A stretch of 64,000 bases of DNA, from assembly GCF_902713615.1 (NCBI RefSeq), contig NW_024055760.1:124001-188000 (forward strand), given 5' to 3'. Positions within the stretch are counted from its first letter, which is position 1; every line of letters begins with the position of its first letter. This document shows, piece after piece, positions 40,043 through 52,276 of this stretch. This DNA is from Scyliorhinus canicula. Lineage: Eukaryota. Below the pieces are notes generated by a model. It did no database searches. It saw nothing but the letters and a program-made list of their open reading frames with translations, and was not told where the DNA came from. Both the position numbers and the translations under genes were made by a program.

Positions 40043-41417
40043 AATGAAGAGGTATGTTCCAGAAAGATATATATCGGCAACTTCAAAGATGCAAACAATG
40101 CTTAGAATGCGAGCATTTGCAGGTAATTAAGTCTTTACAGGTCCAGAGTTAGGGGTAACCCCAGGTTAAAGAGGGGTGAATTGTCTTTAGCCAGGACACT
40201 TGGTAGGATTTTGCAAGCCAAGCCAGATGGTGGGGGATGAATGTAATGCGACATGAATCCCAGGCCCCGGTTGAGGCTGTACTCATGTGTGCGGAACTTG
40301 GCTATAGGTTTCTGCTCGTTGATTCTGCCTTGTTGCGGGTCACCTCACAATGCTCCACTTCTCCACTTCCACCCTAAACACATTAAGGAAGCCATCCCCG
40401 ATGGACAAGCCCTCCATATACACAGGATCTGCTCAGACAAGGAGGAGCGTAACAGACATCTACAGACGCTGTAAGATGCCCTCGTCCAAATCGGTATGGC
40501 GCTCGACTCATCAATCGACAGTTCCAACACGCCACAGCAAAGAAACGCACCGACCTCCTCAGAAGACAACTATGGGACTCAACCGACAGAGTACCCTTCG
40601 TCGTCCAGTACTTTCCCAGAGTGGAGAAACTACGACATCTTCTTCACAGCCTTCAACACGTCATCGATGAAGATGAGCATCTTGCCAAGGTCATCCCCAC
40701 ATCCCCACTACTTGCCCTCAAACAACTGCGCAACCTCAAACAGACCATTGTTTGCAGCAAACTACCCAGCCTTCAGGAGAACAGCGACCATGGCACCACA
40801 CAACCAGGGCAATCTCTGCAAGATGTGCCAGATGATCGACATCGATACCACCACTACACGAGAGAACACCACCCACCATGTATGCGGTACATACTCGTGT
40901 GACTCGGCAAATGTCGTCTACCTCATACCCTGCTGGAAAGGATGTCCTGAAGCGTGGTACATTGGCGAGACCATGCAGACGCTGCAACAACGAATGAATG
41001 GACAGTGCACAACAATCACCAGGCAGGAATGTTCCCTACCAGTCGGGGAACACTTTAGCAGTCAAGGGTATTCAGCCTCTGATCTCCAGGTAAGCGTTCT
41101 TCAAGGAGACCTTCAGGACACGCGATAACGCAGAATCGCCGAGCTGAAACTTATAGACAAGTTCCGCACACATGGGTACGGCCGCAATCGGGACCTGGGA
41201 TTCATGTTGCATTATATTCATCCCCCACCGTGTGGCCTGGGCTTGCGAAATCCTATCAACTGTCTGGGCTTGAGATAATTCACACCTCTTTATCCTGGGG
41301 CTACCCCTATCTCCGGATCTGTAAAGACTTAATTACCTGCAAATGCTCGCATTCTAAGCATTATCTTGCATCTTTGAATTTGTGTATACATATGTTTCTA
41401 GAACCTACCTCTTCATT

Positions 41418-41452
41418 CACCTGAGGAAGGAGCAGTTCTCCGAAAGCTAGTG
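41418..41452 (+). ncRNA. Minimal type I hammerhead ribozyme motif in a Penelope pLTR
   Basis: CAC-CUGAGGA-A-GGAG(CAGUU)CUCC-GAAA-GCUA-GUG: conserved core, stem II, self-complementary AGCU stem III and 3-bp stem I. Confidence 0.6.
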
Positions 41453-42054
41453 TTTGAAACAAACCTGTTGGACTTTAACCTGGTGTTGTAAGATTTCTTA
41501 CAATATTAATCGTGCAATGGGTTACATCTCATTTATTACCGCACTCCTCCACATCTCTGTTTAAAATAAAATAGGTCCTTTCTCAGTTCTCTCTCAATTA
41601 GACTCTCTCAGTGTTTATATCTTTCGATATTATTCCAGTTATTAATACATTAGATCATTCTTCTGTGGCATCTATAAGTTACTTTAGTTGAGTTTTTACT
41701 TGTAGTTAGACGATGTGTTTATTAATATTTTACTGCACATTGTGTTTCGTAGTATTACATTAATCCCTGCTTCAGTTATCACTGTTCTTAACCGTATAAC
41801 AAGTATTATTACCCTGGGACTTGTCTCTGGAATGATTGAACAGGACCATGTTCCGTTTTATCTTTCCCTCGGCATTGTATCTGTGTATATAATGCTCTCT
41901 GCATTTAAACATTTGAATAAGAAGGACCATGTTTCTATACATACCACAATTCACCCTTTCTCAGGTATGACTGCACGAGACTGTTTACTGTTTTAACAAA
42001 TAGGTGCAGTCACATTCAGAAATGCACTGAGAATCACATCTCTCTACTGCAATA

Positions 42055-42219
42055 GGGGCTGGTTTAGCTCACTTGGCTAAATCGCTGGCTTTTAAAGCAG
42101 GCCAGCAGCCTCCCCAGACAGGCGCCGGAATGTGGCGACTAGGGGCTTTTCACAGTAACTTCATTGGAGCCTACTCGTGACAATAAGCGATTTTTATTTC
42201 ATTTTTTCATTTCATTTCA
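42055..42219 (+). mobile_element. SINE family 2 (internally deleted)
   Basis: GGGGCTGGTTTAGCTCACTTGGC...CATTTCATTTCA. Confidence 0.75.
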
Positions 42220-43009
42220 ATTGGCTCTTTTTTAATCATTGCATTAGACCTTATATCTGTTAATATTACATTATGTGCTGATTAATTAAGTGATGTATGA
42301 ATGAAACTCTGTTTCATTCGCGGCTGAAGTCTTCCCCCACAGAATAATGCAACAGATTTATTTTCATTGATTACGGCACAATCAACATCCTGGGGGTTGC
42401 CATTGGCCGGAAACTGAACTGGACAAGCCAGACGAATGCTGTGGCTGCCAGAGCAGTTCAAAGGATAGAGATCCTGTGGCGAGTAACTCACAGCCCGATT
42501 GCCCAAAGCCTGTCCACCATCTTCCAGGCAAAACTCTGAAGTGTAATGGAATACAAGCTCCACTTGTCTGGAGTGCAGCTTCAACAAATCTCAAGAAGCT
42601 TTACACCATCCAGGACAAATCAGTCGCTTGATTGTTGCCATCTGCAGGATTTACTGTTGGAACTAATGAAGGTTTCATATTCAGCACCTACCAGACCCAC
42701 GGCTACAACCATCAACACGGACCAGAGCAGCAGATACTTTGGAACACCACCAACTGGAGATTCCTCTCCAAGTCACTCAACACTTTGACTTGGAAACATA
42801 TCGCTGTCCCTTCACCGTGGCTGGGTGAAAATACTGGATATCTCTCGCTAATACAGTATGGGCGTAACTGCATATCAGGGACTGCAGCGTTTCAAGGTGG
42901 CAGCTCACCACCACCTTCTGAATGCCAACTTGGAATGGGCCATAATTGCTGACCCGATCAGTGGCGCCATATCGCGCAATTGAATGAAAAAAATAAAGGT
43001 TGTCTAAAA

Positions 43010-43098
43010 GATACACAGATAGATAGATAGATAGATTGATGGATAGATAGATAAATATATGAAAGATAGATAGATAGAGAAAGTAAGATAGATAGATA

Positions 43099-43134
<36 letters not shown>

Positions 43135-43135
43135 G
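43010..43135. repeat. Compound (GATA)n(GAAA)n microsatellite
   Basis: Read directly from the sequence. Confidence 0.9.
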
Positions 43136-44035
43136 TGGAATTTTATTTTGAATATACTAACTGATTTTTGTTCGTTCATGGGATGTGGATGTCGCTGGCT
43201 GATCCTGCAGTTCTCACCCATCCCTGAGGGCATTTAAGAGTCAATCACATTGCTGTGGAGTCATCTGGAGTCATATGTAGGCCAGACTAGTTAAGGGCGA
43301 CAGGTGTCCTTCCCTGAAGGACGTCAGTGAACCAGATGGGTTTTGATTAGACAGAACAATGGTTTCATGGTCATCATTAAACTTTTAATTCCAGAGTTTT
43401 CTTGATTCAAATTTCACCACTTGCCGTGGTGGGAGCCCGGGTCCCCAGAGCTTGACTCTGGGTCTCTGGATTACTAGTCCAGCGACAATACCACTGCGCC
43501 ACTGCCTTGTGACACTTACTTGTGTTTGGAAGAATGCATTTTGTCGTATCAATCAGTATTAGCTGTTATGGAAGTTCGTTGCAAAGGCAAATACATCTTT
43601 AAAACTCCTGCCGATCTGTTCTCATCTCTTTGTTTCAGACTACACATCGATTAATTAATATCTCTGTTCTCTCTCAGACTTAATTCACTTACAAAAGCAT
43701 AATGAATAACTATTTGGTGTTGTGTGATTGGTCTGGTAATGGGTGTGTAATATTTTGCTGTAAGGTTGGAGCGAATCTTGAGATATTCACTTCATCACCA
43801 GGCTGAGGAACAGAAACACAGGAGCCATATTGAACTTCACATTGCACAACACTGTCACAAACTCCATTGTGTTGGAGATGGCTAATTCAGCCTTGTGTTC
43901 ATCTGTGGCAATTACCCGCTGTTTCCTTTCATGGTCCGAATTGTCTTTCACCCTTTTTGCTGAATGGATTTCTGTTTGCTTTTGATGTGGCCACTGATTG
44001 TGAGAGACAGAGTCTGAAACTGTGTGTGTATGGAA

Positions 44036-44210
44036 TGAAATGAAAACTGAAAATCGCTTATTGTCACGAGTAGGCTTCAATGAAGTTACTGTGAAAAGCC
44101 CCTAGTCGCCACATTCCGGCGCCTGTCTGGGGAGGCTGGTATGGGAATCGAACCGTGCTGCTGGCCTGCTGGAAAAGCCAGCGATTTAGCGCAGTGAGCT
44201 AAACCAGCCC
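44036..44210 (-). mobile_element. SINE family 2, followed by (GT)n
   Basis: Reverse complement of the family consensus. Confidence 0.8.
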
Positions 44211-44219
44211 CTATGTGTC

Positions 44220-44254
<35 letters not shown>

Positions 44255-44988
44255 ATCTGTGTGTGGATAGGTGTGTCTATGTACGCGCCTGTGTGTCTAT
44301 ATGGGCCGATTAGTCTGGAACACATTATTATTCATTGTTTGCAAAATGGCGTTGCCAATAATTGCAATTATGTTTCAGCACAGGACGACATTTTATTGAG
44401 ATTACCTTCCGCATCCTATGCTGCCCCTAATATGTACTTGTAATGTATTGTCCTGAGTGATCTAGATAGTAATATCAAGCTGTCCATTCAATTGAAAAGG
44501 CAAATATATCTTTCAAATTACTTACATATCGGTTCAGCTCGCTTTCTCTGTCTCAGGCTGCACCTAAATCAGTTGAACCCTCTTCTCTCTCTCAGACTTC
44601 ACTCACTCACACAGGCACACAGCAGCCGAGTCTGGCACCTAGTGTTTAAATGGCACCTAGTGTTTAAATCTTTTTTGCTGAAGGCACTTCTGAAAATAAT
44701 TAAGCACCAAAACGTCATCAGAGGAAATTTCCGTGCCAAAAAGGCAATGGATCATTCACTTAACCTCTCTCCCTTTCCCCCCTCTCACTCCCCCTCTCCC
44801 CCCCCCCCCCTCTCTCGCTCTGACACCAAGTGACTTCAAACTTTCTACATTAGTATAACCTCTGTTAACAGATTGTTGCTTTAATTTCCCTTCATCTCTC
44901 CAGATTATTATTTGTATTATGACCAGTGAAGATCATCTGTGCATCTCCCGATCGGTTTCTAAACAAATAATATAACTTTTACAAGGGA

Positions 44989-45260
44989 ATGGGAATGGAG
45001 GTGAATGTAATGCTGAGAGCGGCAGCAATCTGTGTGGGTGTTCTTGATGCTGTCAGAGTGAGTTCACCCTCACAGGCAGGAAGACTGTTCACGGTGATAA
45101 CATGAAACTGACGCCTGCTGTTTCATTCTCAGGTAACACAACTTCCTGTTTCTCTGCTGCTGGTTCCAAACCGCACATCTCACTTCTGAGCAGAAAATAA
45201 ATCCAGGGACCACAATCTGGTGAGAACATCTGTCAGTGCGGCCTATATCTGCCCACAGAG
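44989..45260 (+). pseudogene. Probable internally deleted V pseudogene
   Basis: Leader-like MGMEVNVMLRAAAICVGVLDAVR + GTGAGT donor; acceptor at 45132; VTQLPVSL...*...SVSAAYIC then CACAGAG (45254-45260); no nonamer. Confidence 0.4.
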
Positions 45261-46030
45261 TCAGGGCAGAGTCACACAGATCACATTGTGGTCACATTTA
45301 CAAATGAACCTGTTGTGATCTGTTCAAAGATTCCATTCCAGGACATAACTGGATGGTCAGTGGATCAGTCACTGAGTTTCCCCGGTTCTCTGAAGCCAGG
45401 AAATGATATCTTGTTCCATTTCACTATTGTATCATTCTCCCGCTCTGGGTGTAATTTGTTTTTACTGTTTCTCAGTTGTGTCTCTCTTTCTAATTTCTTC
45501 GCTCAGTTTCACATCCTCTCTCTGTATCTTTCTCCATCTTTATGTGTGTCTATTTAATTAAACTGCTAAAACAAAACCATCAAGGTTTAAATCTAGTAAT
45601 TAAAGAGAGACTATTACGACTGGTAGGAGGGTCTGTCACCAGAGGACACAGATGTACCGTATTGAACAGGAGGATTGTTTTTACACAGCGAGTTGTTATA
45701 AACTGGAACACACATCGGGAAAGTATGATGGAATCAGATTTAACAGTAACTTTGGAAAATGATGGATAAATATTTGAAAGTATTAAGATCTGAAGGATGA
45801 GAGGGAAGGGAACAGTTAGATGGTTCATCTCTAATCATTGTCCCAGCACCTTTTCTGTATCTCCCTCTGTCATTCATTGAGGCCGAATAAAATACAATGA
45901 TTGTACAGCTTTGCTCTTGTGCTAATCCTGTCTTTAGGCAGAACCTGGGTGTGTGCAGATAATTGCCACGAATCTTTCAGAGGTTCGTTGCTGTTTACAA
46001 TCCACTACTTTGGACAAAGTAACAGTGGAT

Positions 46031-46194
46031 AGGGGCTGGTTTAGCTCACTGGGCTAAATCGCTGGCTTACCAAGCAGGCCAGCAGCACGGTTCGATCCCC
46101 GGGCAGGCGCCGGAATGCGGTGACTAGGGGCTTTCCACAGTAACTTCATTGAAGCCTACTCGTGACAATAAGTGATTTTCATTTTTCATTTTCG
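46031..46194 (+). mobile_element. SINE family 2 (deleted)
   Basis: GGGGCTGGTTTAGCTCACTGGGC...CATTTTC. Confidence 0.75.
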
Positions 46195-46324
46195 AATAGC
46201 ACTTGTTTCGAAAAAGAACAATTATCGTTAACATTTGTGGCACTAATTCTTCCTGTGATGAGGCTTTGGCTTTTAGTCTTTGTGTCCGAAACTGATGATT
46301 TAAACATATGTGTCCATAAGCTGG

Positions 46325-46500
46325 GACGGTAGGGTGGCGCAGTGGTTAGCACTGCTGCCTACGCCTCTGAAGACCCGAGTTCGATCCCGGTCCTGGGTCA
46401 CTGTCCGTGTGGAGTTTGCACCTTCTTCCCGTGACTATGTGGGTTTCACCCCCACAACCCAAATCTGTGAAGGTTAGGTGGATTGGCCGTGCTAAATATA
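46325..46500 (+). mobile_element. tRNA-derived SINE 5' part
   Basis: GGTGGCGCAGTGGTTAGCACTGCTGCC...GAGTTCGATCCC. Confidence 0.7.
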
Positions 46501-46874
46501 AATAAATGGATACTTTAAATTTACCAAAGAAATATTGGGTTCATAAGCTGCCGGAACGGGCTCTTGCGTGTCTGTGTAAATGGAGAACTGTTGGTAAGAA
46601 TGAGAAGAAACAGATGCTTTTGTTTCCCCCGACAGATGCACCAGTATAGGTGCCATAATGGTCCTCCCATTGGGTATAAACGATCCTAGGTGGAGTCAAT
46701 CACACGCGCCTCACTCAATGAAGTTTCCAATCCACTTTTCCCGCACACATCCCTGTCACTCAGCATGATAATGAAGCCTGGGGTAGGGCCCAAAGAATCC
46801 TTGCTTTCTGATAGTTTCACTTCCTCTTAAAATCAACTGTTCATGAGATCCACTGCCTCCTTTAATCGAAGATT

Positions 46875-47315
46875 ATCACCAGTCTCTGTTATTGATACAC
46901 TGGTGCCGGTGTCTGTGATTATTATTATACCAGACCCCAGTCTGACCCCGGGCCCGGCAGTCTCTGTTATTGATACACTGGAGCCGGTCTCTGTGATTAT
47001 TATTATCCCAGACCCCAGTCTGACCCCGGGCCCGGCAGTCTGTGTTATTGATACACTGGAGCCGGCCTCTGTGATTATTATTATACCAGATCCCAGTCTG
47101 ACCCCGGGCCCGGCAGCCTCTGTTACTGATACACTGGAACCGGTCTCTGTGATTATTATTATACCAGATCCCAGTCTGACCCCGGACCCGGCAGTCTCTG
47201 TTATTGATACACTGGAGCCGGTCTCTATGATTATTATTATACCTGACCCCAGTCTGACCCCGGGCCCGGCAGCCTCTGTTATTGATACACTGGATCCGGT
47301 CTCTGTGACTATCAT
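46875..47315. repeat. 78-bp minisatellite, about 5.5 copies
   Basis: Units start at 46881, 46959, 47037, 47115, 47193 and 47271; this explains the 26-aa periodic ORFs. Confidence 0.92.
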
Positions 47316-48948
47316 ACCGGTGCGGCAGTTGTAAATCACTTCGCAAATCCAAGGAGAAAATATGTTTGTTCTTTTACAAGTGCGGAGTGGGGGGCGGCGA
47401 CGGGGGGGGGGGGGGGGGGGGGGCGGTGGAGGAATGGACGTCAAAACATCATTGATGTGCCAGTAACGAAAGGGAAAATGCTGGAAAATCTCAGCAAGTC
47501 TGGCAGCATCTGTCTGGAGAGAAAAGAGCTAACAAAAACTTTGACTCTTTGTCAAAGCTTGACTGATGTCACTTCCTGCGGAACACATGACAGGAACATC
47601 GCCTCTAGAGCTGTGTCTGATTGGCCTGATATTATTTTTGTAAATCACAAGTTTGTGTTTATTGCAGAGGCTGAAAATCTAACCGTACATTTCGCTGATC
47701 ACTAACAGAACGGTAAAAATCAGAACGGTAAATTTGATCTCTAATTGACCTCAGCGGCTGTTTAATCAATAATTGTCCTGAAAACTGTTCCCTGGAAGAA
47801 TAAAAAGTGCTGGATGCAGATGAAGATGTTCTATTGATTTTAGTCTCTGTCATTAATGAAACTGAACTGGCTGCCCGGAAGGGTATAAGGAGAGGGGGGG
47901 GGGGGGGGGGGGTTAGTGAAGGGAGTCGAGTTTGATTAAGATTCTACTGTGGCGCTCAGGGAAATGGTCTCTGTGTTGTTCGTGGCATATGTACAGGACG
48001 GGGATATACGCTGGCAGTTTAGTATCCGAAACTTGTAATTTAACATACATGTATTTAACATACATTAGACGTTTGCTGCCTTCATTTTATTCTGGCGTCT
48101 GAACTGTAGTTATCATCTTGTATAATTTAAAGTTCCTCCCACCAAAGAGCTCCAGCATCATATTTGTCTGTTGGCTGCGGCGGGAGCGGTTACGGGTTCC
48201 TCTTTATTACTATTATTAATGCAGGTTAATATACACAGGAATTAATTTTAAATTATGTTTAAATTGCAGTGAAGTAACTTATTTTGACGTGTTGTGTTAT
48301 ATTCAATTGATTATATCATTTTCTCAATTATTTAATATTTAAATAGATTATTATTTATGTCTTATTTTTCTTCCCATTTTGAATTCCTGCATCCACTTCA
48401 TGCTTTTTTCTCACTATGTTCCTTTGTTTCTCTCTCTGTTTTTGTTGTTATTTGTTCGTTTGTCTCTCTTCGTTTCTCCGACCTTATTGTTTCCACATCA
48501 CGGCACCGGGTCCCTTCACTGTATCTTGGTTCGTGAATTGGTTGAAACGGGAATTTGAGATGAATTTGATTTTCTACCTTCTGAACTTGAATGCCACGTG
48601 AAGGAACGAAAACGAGACAGTGAAAGTGTCTCTGACAGAGAGAGAGAAAGAGAGGCAAGATACCGACAGAGAAGCCGAACAGCAGAGAGAGACAGACACG
48701 AAGAGAAAGCTGAGAGACTCCAAGGCAGCGAAAATGCTGAAGGAGTTCGTTAGCCCAGGAGCAAGAACGATTGGTGCCCGACTCTCACGAGAACTGAGGG
48801 ACTAGCCAATCCTGACCTTGGGAAACGCCCATCAGAATCACATTGCGTGAAATCTGCAGCTGATTGGAGATTACTCTTTAATATCAGACTAGAACTGCAA
48901 CTTATTTCAAGCATGATTTTATTTCTTTCCAACTTTAAACCGGGCACC

Positions 48949-49398
48949 ATGTTCTCCTCATATTGCTTTATGGTGATTCTCATCATCCTGCCCAGTGAGT
49001 CAATATTTACTATAATATTCAATATCACACATACACATGTTCCATATGTTATGTTCACTCCCAGACGTTTGAAACATTATGTGTCTTGTTACAGGAACAA
49101 ATGGCGAAGACGCAGTGTTCCAGGATCGATCTGAATTAAAGGTTCTGGAAGGACAGAACGTAACACTGGATTGTAGATACTCGACAGCTGCTCTTCAAAC
49201 TCTGTTCTGGTACATCCAGTATCCCGGGAAAGCTCCAAAATATTTAATGGCAATATATAGCTCTGGGGATGTAAATATTTCGCCAAATTTACCAGCGAGG
49301 ATCTTGGCGGTTTTGCATAAAGAAAACACAACGGTTCCTTTAACTATCGCCGGGGCCCTTCTCTCCGACTGTGCCGTGTATTTCTGTGCCATGTTGCC
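48949..49398 (+). CDS. TRAV/TRDV: TCR alpha/delta V segment, family A; leader 48949-48994, V exon 49095-49398
   Basis: MFSSYCFMVILIILP/RTNGEDAVFQ...TLDC...WYIQYPGKAPKYL...DCAVYFCAML; RSS CACACTG (49399-49405) + 23 + ACAATAACC (49429-49437). Confidence 0.93.
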
Positions 49399-49462
49399 CA
49401 CACTGCACAGAGATATAGCAGATGCCGTACAATAACCCCACACTGAGAGTTCCAGTTAGTGC

Positions 49463-49476
49463 CCACCAGAGGGCGT
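49463..49476 (+). promoter_or_regulatory. CTCF-binding-like element 25 nt after the RSS nonamer
   Basis: CCACCAGAGGGCG matches the CTCF core consensus. Confidence 0.7.
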
Positions 49477-50223
49477 TCCCTCGCCGATAAATATTCAACC
49501 TCCACAGTAAAAGCCAACGAGACTTTTCATAATTTCTGAGCAAGACGGGGCACCCAACAAAACCAGGCAAGGGCCACTTAGGGAATTAAAGTAGTCGCTT
49601 TCAGCTCACAGTTATAATAAAAATGAGAGTCACAAATAGATTTCTGGTGTCACCTCGTTTTTTCCTTTTGATGTTATTTCTGTGCCTGTCTGATTTATTG
49701 TGGACATTTTCCTCCGTCTTCCCGTTAGTATACCGATCATTTTGATCACGACCGCGCACAAACTCTATACGAACAGCGTGTTTTAGTTGTCCGGATTGTT
49801 TTAATGAAAAGATTAAAATTTACAAATTAGGAACATCGATGTTAAAACACACCCCATGCATCAATCTCCCTCGATGTTCATGGCCTTTTGGAGTGTCTTT
49901 TTATATCTATCATATTTTCCACCATCTTTCATAACCCAGGGTTTCTGTCTTAAAGTGTCTAAAGAAAGTTTTTCTTCTCACCCATCTCCTCCAACAGAAC
50001 CAGCCCCCGAAAAGGACAGGACACTGTAGCCGAGACCGAGACCGATATGTTTCTCTTCACTCGCAGTCACTTCACTATTCATCCGTTTCACAACCGCACA
50101 CAGCGAGCAAATGGCAGTGAGGCAATAGAATCCTAAGACCTTACAGCAGATTATTGATGGTAGGATCAGGATCGGTGTCTTCAAATACTCAACACTCCTT
50201 TGACAGAGCGGATAGTGAGCAGA

Positions 50224-50707
50224 ATGTGACGTAGCATCAGGATATTGTGGGAATATTTCTGACAGGTAATTGTGGACTAAACACCTTCCGCATTTTCTCC
50301 AATTTCCAAAATAGGGTATGAATCAGAATATTAAACACCCGCCGGTCTGATAATTCCTTGTTTGAATATGCTTTTAGATCCAGGTCATGGAGGCTCTGTT
50401 TGTCAGTAGCTGTCCTTAGATCTAAAGACAGTTGTAGAAGGGAAAACTGAAAAAGGTATATGCAACATAAGCTTCATTATTTATTCTGGCACAAGAGCAC
50501 CAGATGCACAGCGCGCGAAGTTGCACTGCAGGAATTCTGGGTGGGTAAATGAAAGTTTTGCCAAACCATATTTCTCGGTAGAATTCGAGACCTCAACTCA
50601 ATTCACCAGTTGAAGCTTCAAGGGGCGGCACCTGACTGTGCCGTCTATTACTGCTTTCTGTCTGTGGGAATTGTGATGGAAAGCAGTCTTACCCCCGTAC
50701 GTTTACC
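50224..50707 (+). pseudogene. Degenerate TCR V pseudogene
   Basis: Decayed leader with GTAAT donor (50266); acceptor 50406; TVVEGK..C, YLFWHK, FSVEFETST and DCAVYYC across frameshifts; decayed RSS AATTGTG + 23 + ACGTTTACC. Confidence 0.7.
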
Positions 50708-51013
50708 TTGGACAGTAGCTCATTTCTCCTGTCTGTTTGGGGGTTCTACAGAATCTCGGGCAGATTAACCCGTAATATGAGCAGCGCTGTCAGCCTCTCA
50801 AACCAAATACTGCCAACAAACCAATGAAAACGTCAGGATACCGGTTCCAGAAGCGGCTGAAAAAATAAACAAAATAGAATCTTTAAAATGACAGGTAGAT
50901 GCAGCTCGAAATAAACGTATCGGTTAATTAGTCTTTCCTACGCCTTTTCTTTGTTTATTCTTTTAAAAAACAGGGTTTAATGTTAGGATCAGCTCCATGG
51001 AACAGGGTAACTC

Positions 51014-51117
51014 TGACGTCACAAAGAATCGACAGACTGACGTCACAGATAGTACAGACTGACGTCACAGAGACTGCAGTCTGACTTTCCTCAGACGGAA
51101 GCACTGACGCATGCGCA
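51014..51117. promoter_or_regulatory. Three perfect CRE palindromes plus ETS and NRF1-like motifs
   Basis: TGACGTCA at 51014-51021, 51038-51045 and 51060-51067; CGGAAG about 51096; CGCATGCGCA 51108-51117. Confidence 0.65.
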
Positions 51118-51371
51118 CTCTCCTACTTGTGGTGGAACAGCAATGCTGAAGCTCCCTCATACCTTCACCCTGTTATCCACATTCCCAGGGACACATTTCT
51201 GGACTCTACAGTGTATCTGGTGTAGGACTCAGTTTTATGCTCAACAGCGTTGCCTCCACTCAGTTTGGGTTCTGCTGACAGCTATTTTACAAATTGGGTT
51301 TGATCTGTGATATGAATCTGAGCTTCACTTTCGTGATCCGTTTCAGTGAGAGGGGATGAGAGTGCCTTGCC

Positions 51372-51816
51372 GGTTTTTCTACGGACTGAATGCATCTAGG
51401 CTCACAGAGATACGCGGCAGAGTCAGGGACAGAAGCTTAACTAAGATGTAAAGGGACTGTTTCATTGTCCTGGTCGAAATCAGCAAAAAAAAAAACCGCT
51501 CTTGTTATTCTGGAGAACTAGCCCGCTACCCCTTTCCATACCTCCTCATTAAGGATCCCGGAGCTTCTGTATAGTGAATGTACCAAAGAGGGAGGGATAG
51601 CTATCCGATGTATAGTAATTGCAGTTTTGTGTTACGGTCTGTCCTTCCTGAATCATCTCTGGGACATTGAATCCATCCACTAATTCTAAAACAAAGACCA
51701 ACCTTTGTCAGACATCACAGTAATTGCAAACAATGGAACATAGGAAGAAACGACTCAAAAATCCACTCACCGGGCAACACGACCATGGTTAGCGGGAAAG
51801 GACATAGGAGAAATAT
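51372..51816 (-). pseudogene. TCR V pseudogene (family A-like)
   Basis: Leader 51816-51771 with ATG>ATA and GTGAGT donor; exon from 51685: EGQTVTQNCNY..SYPSLF/(frameshift)WYIHY..APGSLMRRY*...ETVPLHLS*ASVPDSAAYLC; heptamer missing, nonamer AGAAAAACC at 51380-51372. Confidence 0.85.
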
Positions 51817-52276
51817 GGCAGGTGGTTTAGATTTCAGCTAACAAATCAGAATATTTTAAATATTCTGAATGTTATAGACTGACATTGAAGAGTGAACATA
51901 GAATTGGGCATGTTTCGCTTATTGTGAATCTGAGGGACAGCTGCCGAGGAAGAGGATTGGCTGCTCTCTCAGAAATGGGACTAACAATGAACCAATCAGT
52001 GATGCTGGTGCCCTATTACTGCATGAACACTCAAAGCTCTTTCTGTGCTAATCCGCTTGAGGTTGGCCTTCCATCGATGCACTTACACACACACCAGACG
52101 CACGTGCAAACACTTTCGTACAGACACCCAAGCAGAGGCTCACATTTACAGTTAACCAAATGTAATCGTTACCCAGTGAGGCTAAACCTATTTCAGTATC
52201 TTTCTCTTTCTTGACCTTCTGCTCAGAGTTTTGCTTCAAATCTTTCTCTCTCTCTCTCACACACACTATCCCCCAT

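Larger units (their letters stand above)
39922..41500 (+). mobile_element. Penelope-like element remnant: GIY-YIG endonuclease region between inverted pLTRs, 14-bp TSD
   Basis: VVYLIPCWKGCPEAWYIGETMQTLQQRMNG (ORF 40496-41128); inverted arms about 39961-40338 and 41121-41500; TSD CAATATTAATCGTG at 39908-39921 and 41501-41514. Confidence 0.9.

Noticed and set aside
46833-47444. Overlapping 158-203 aa periodic ORFs
   Set aside because: Products of the 78-bp minisatellite.
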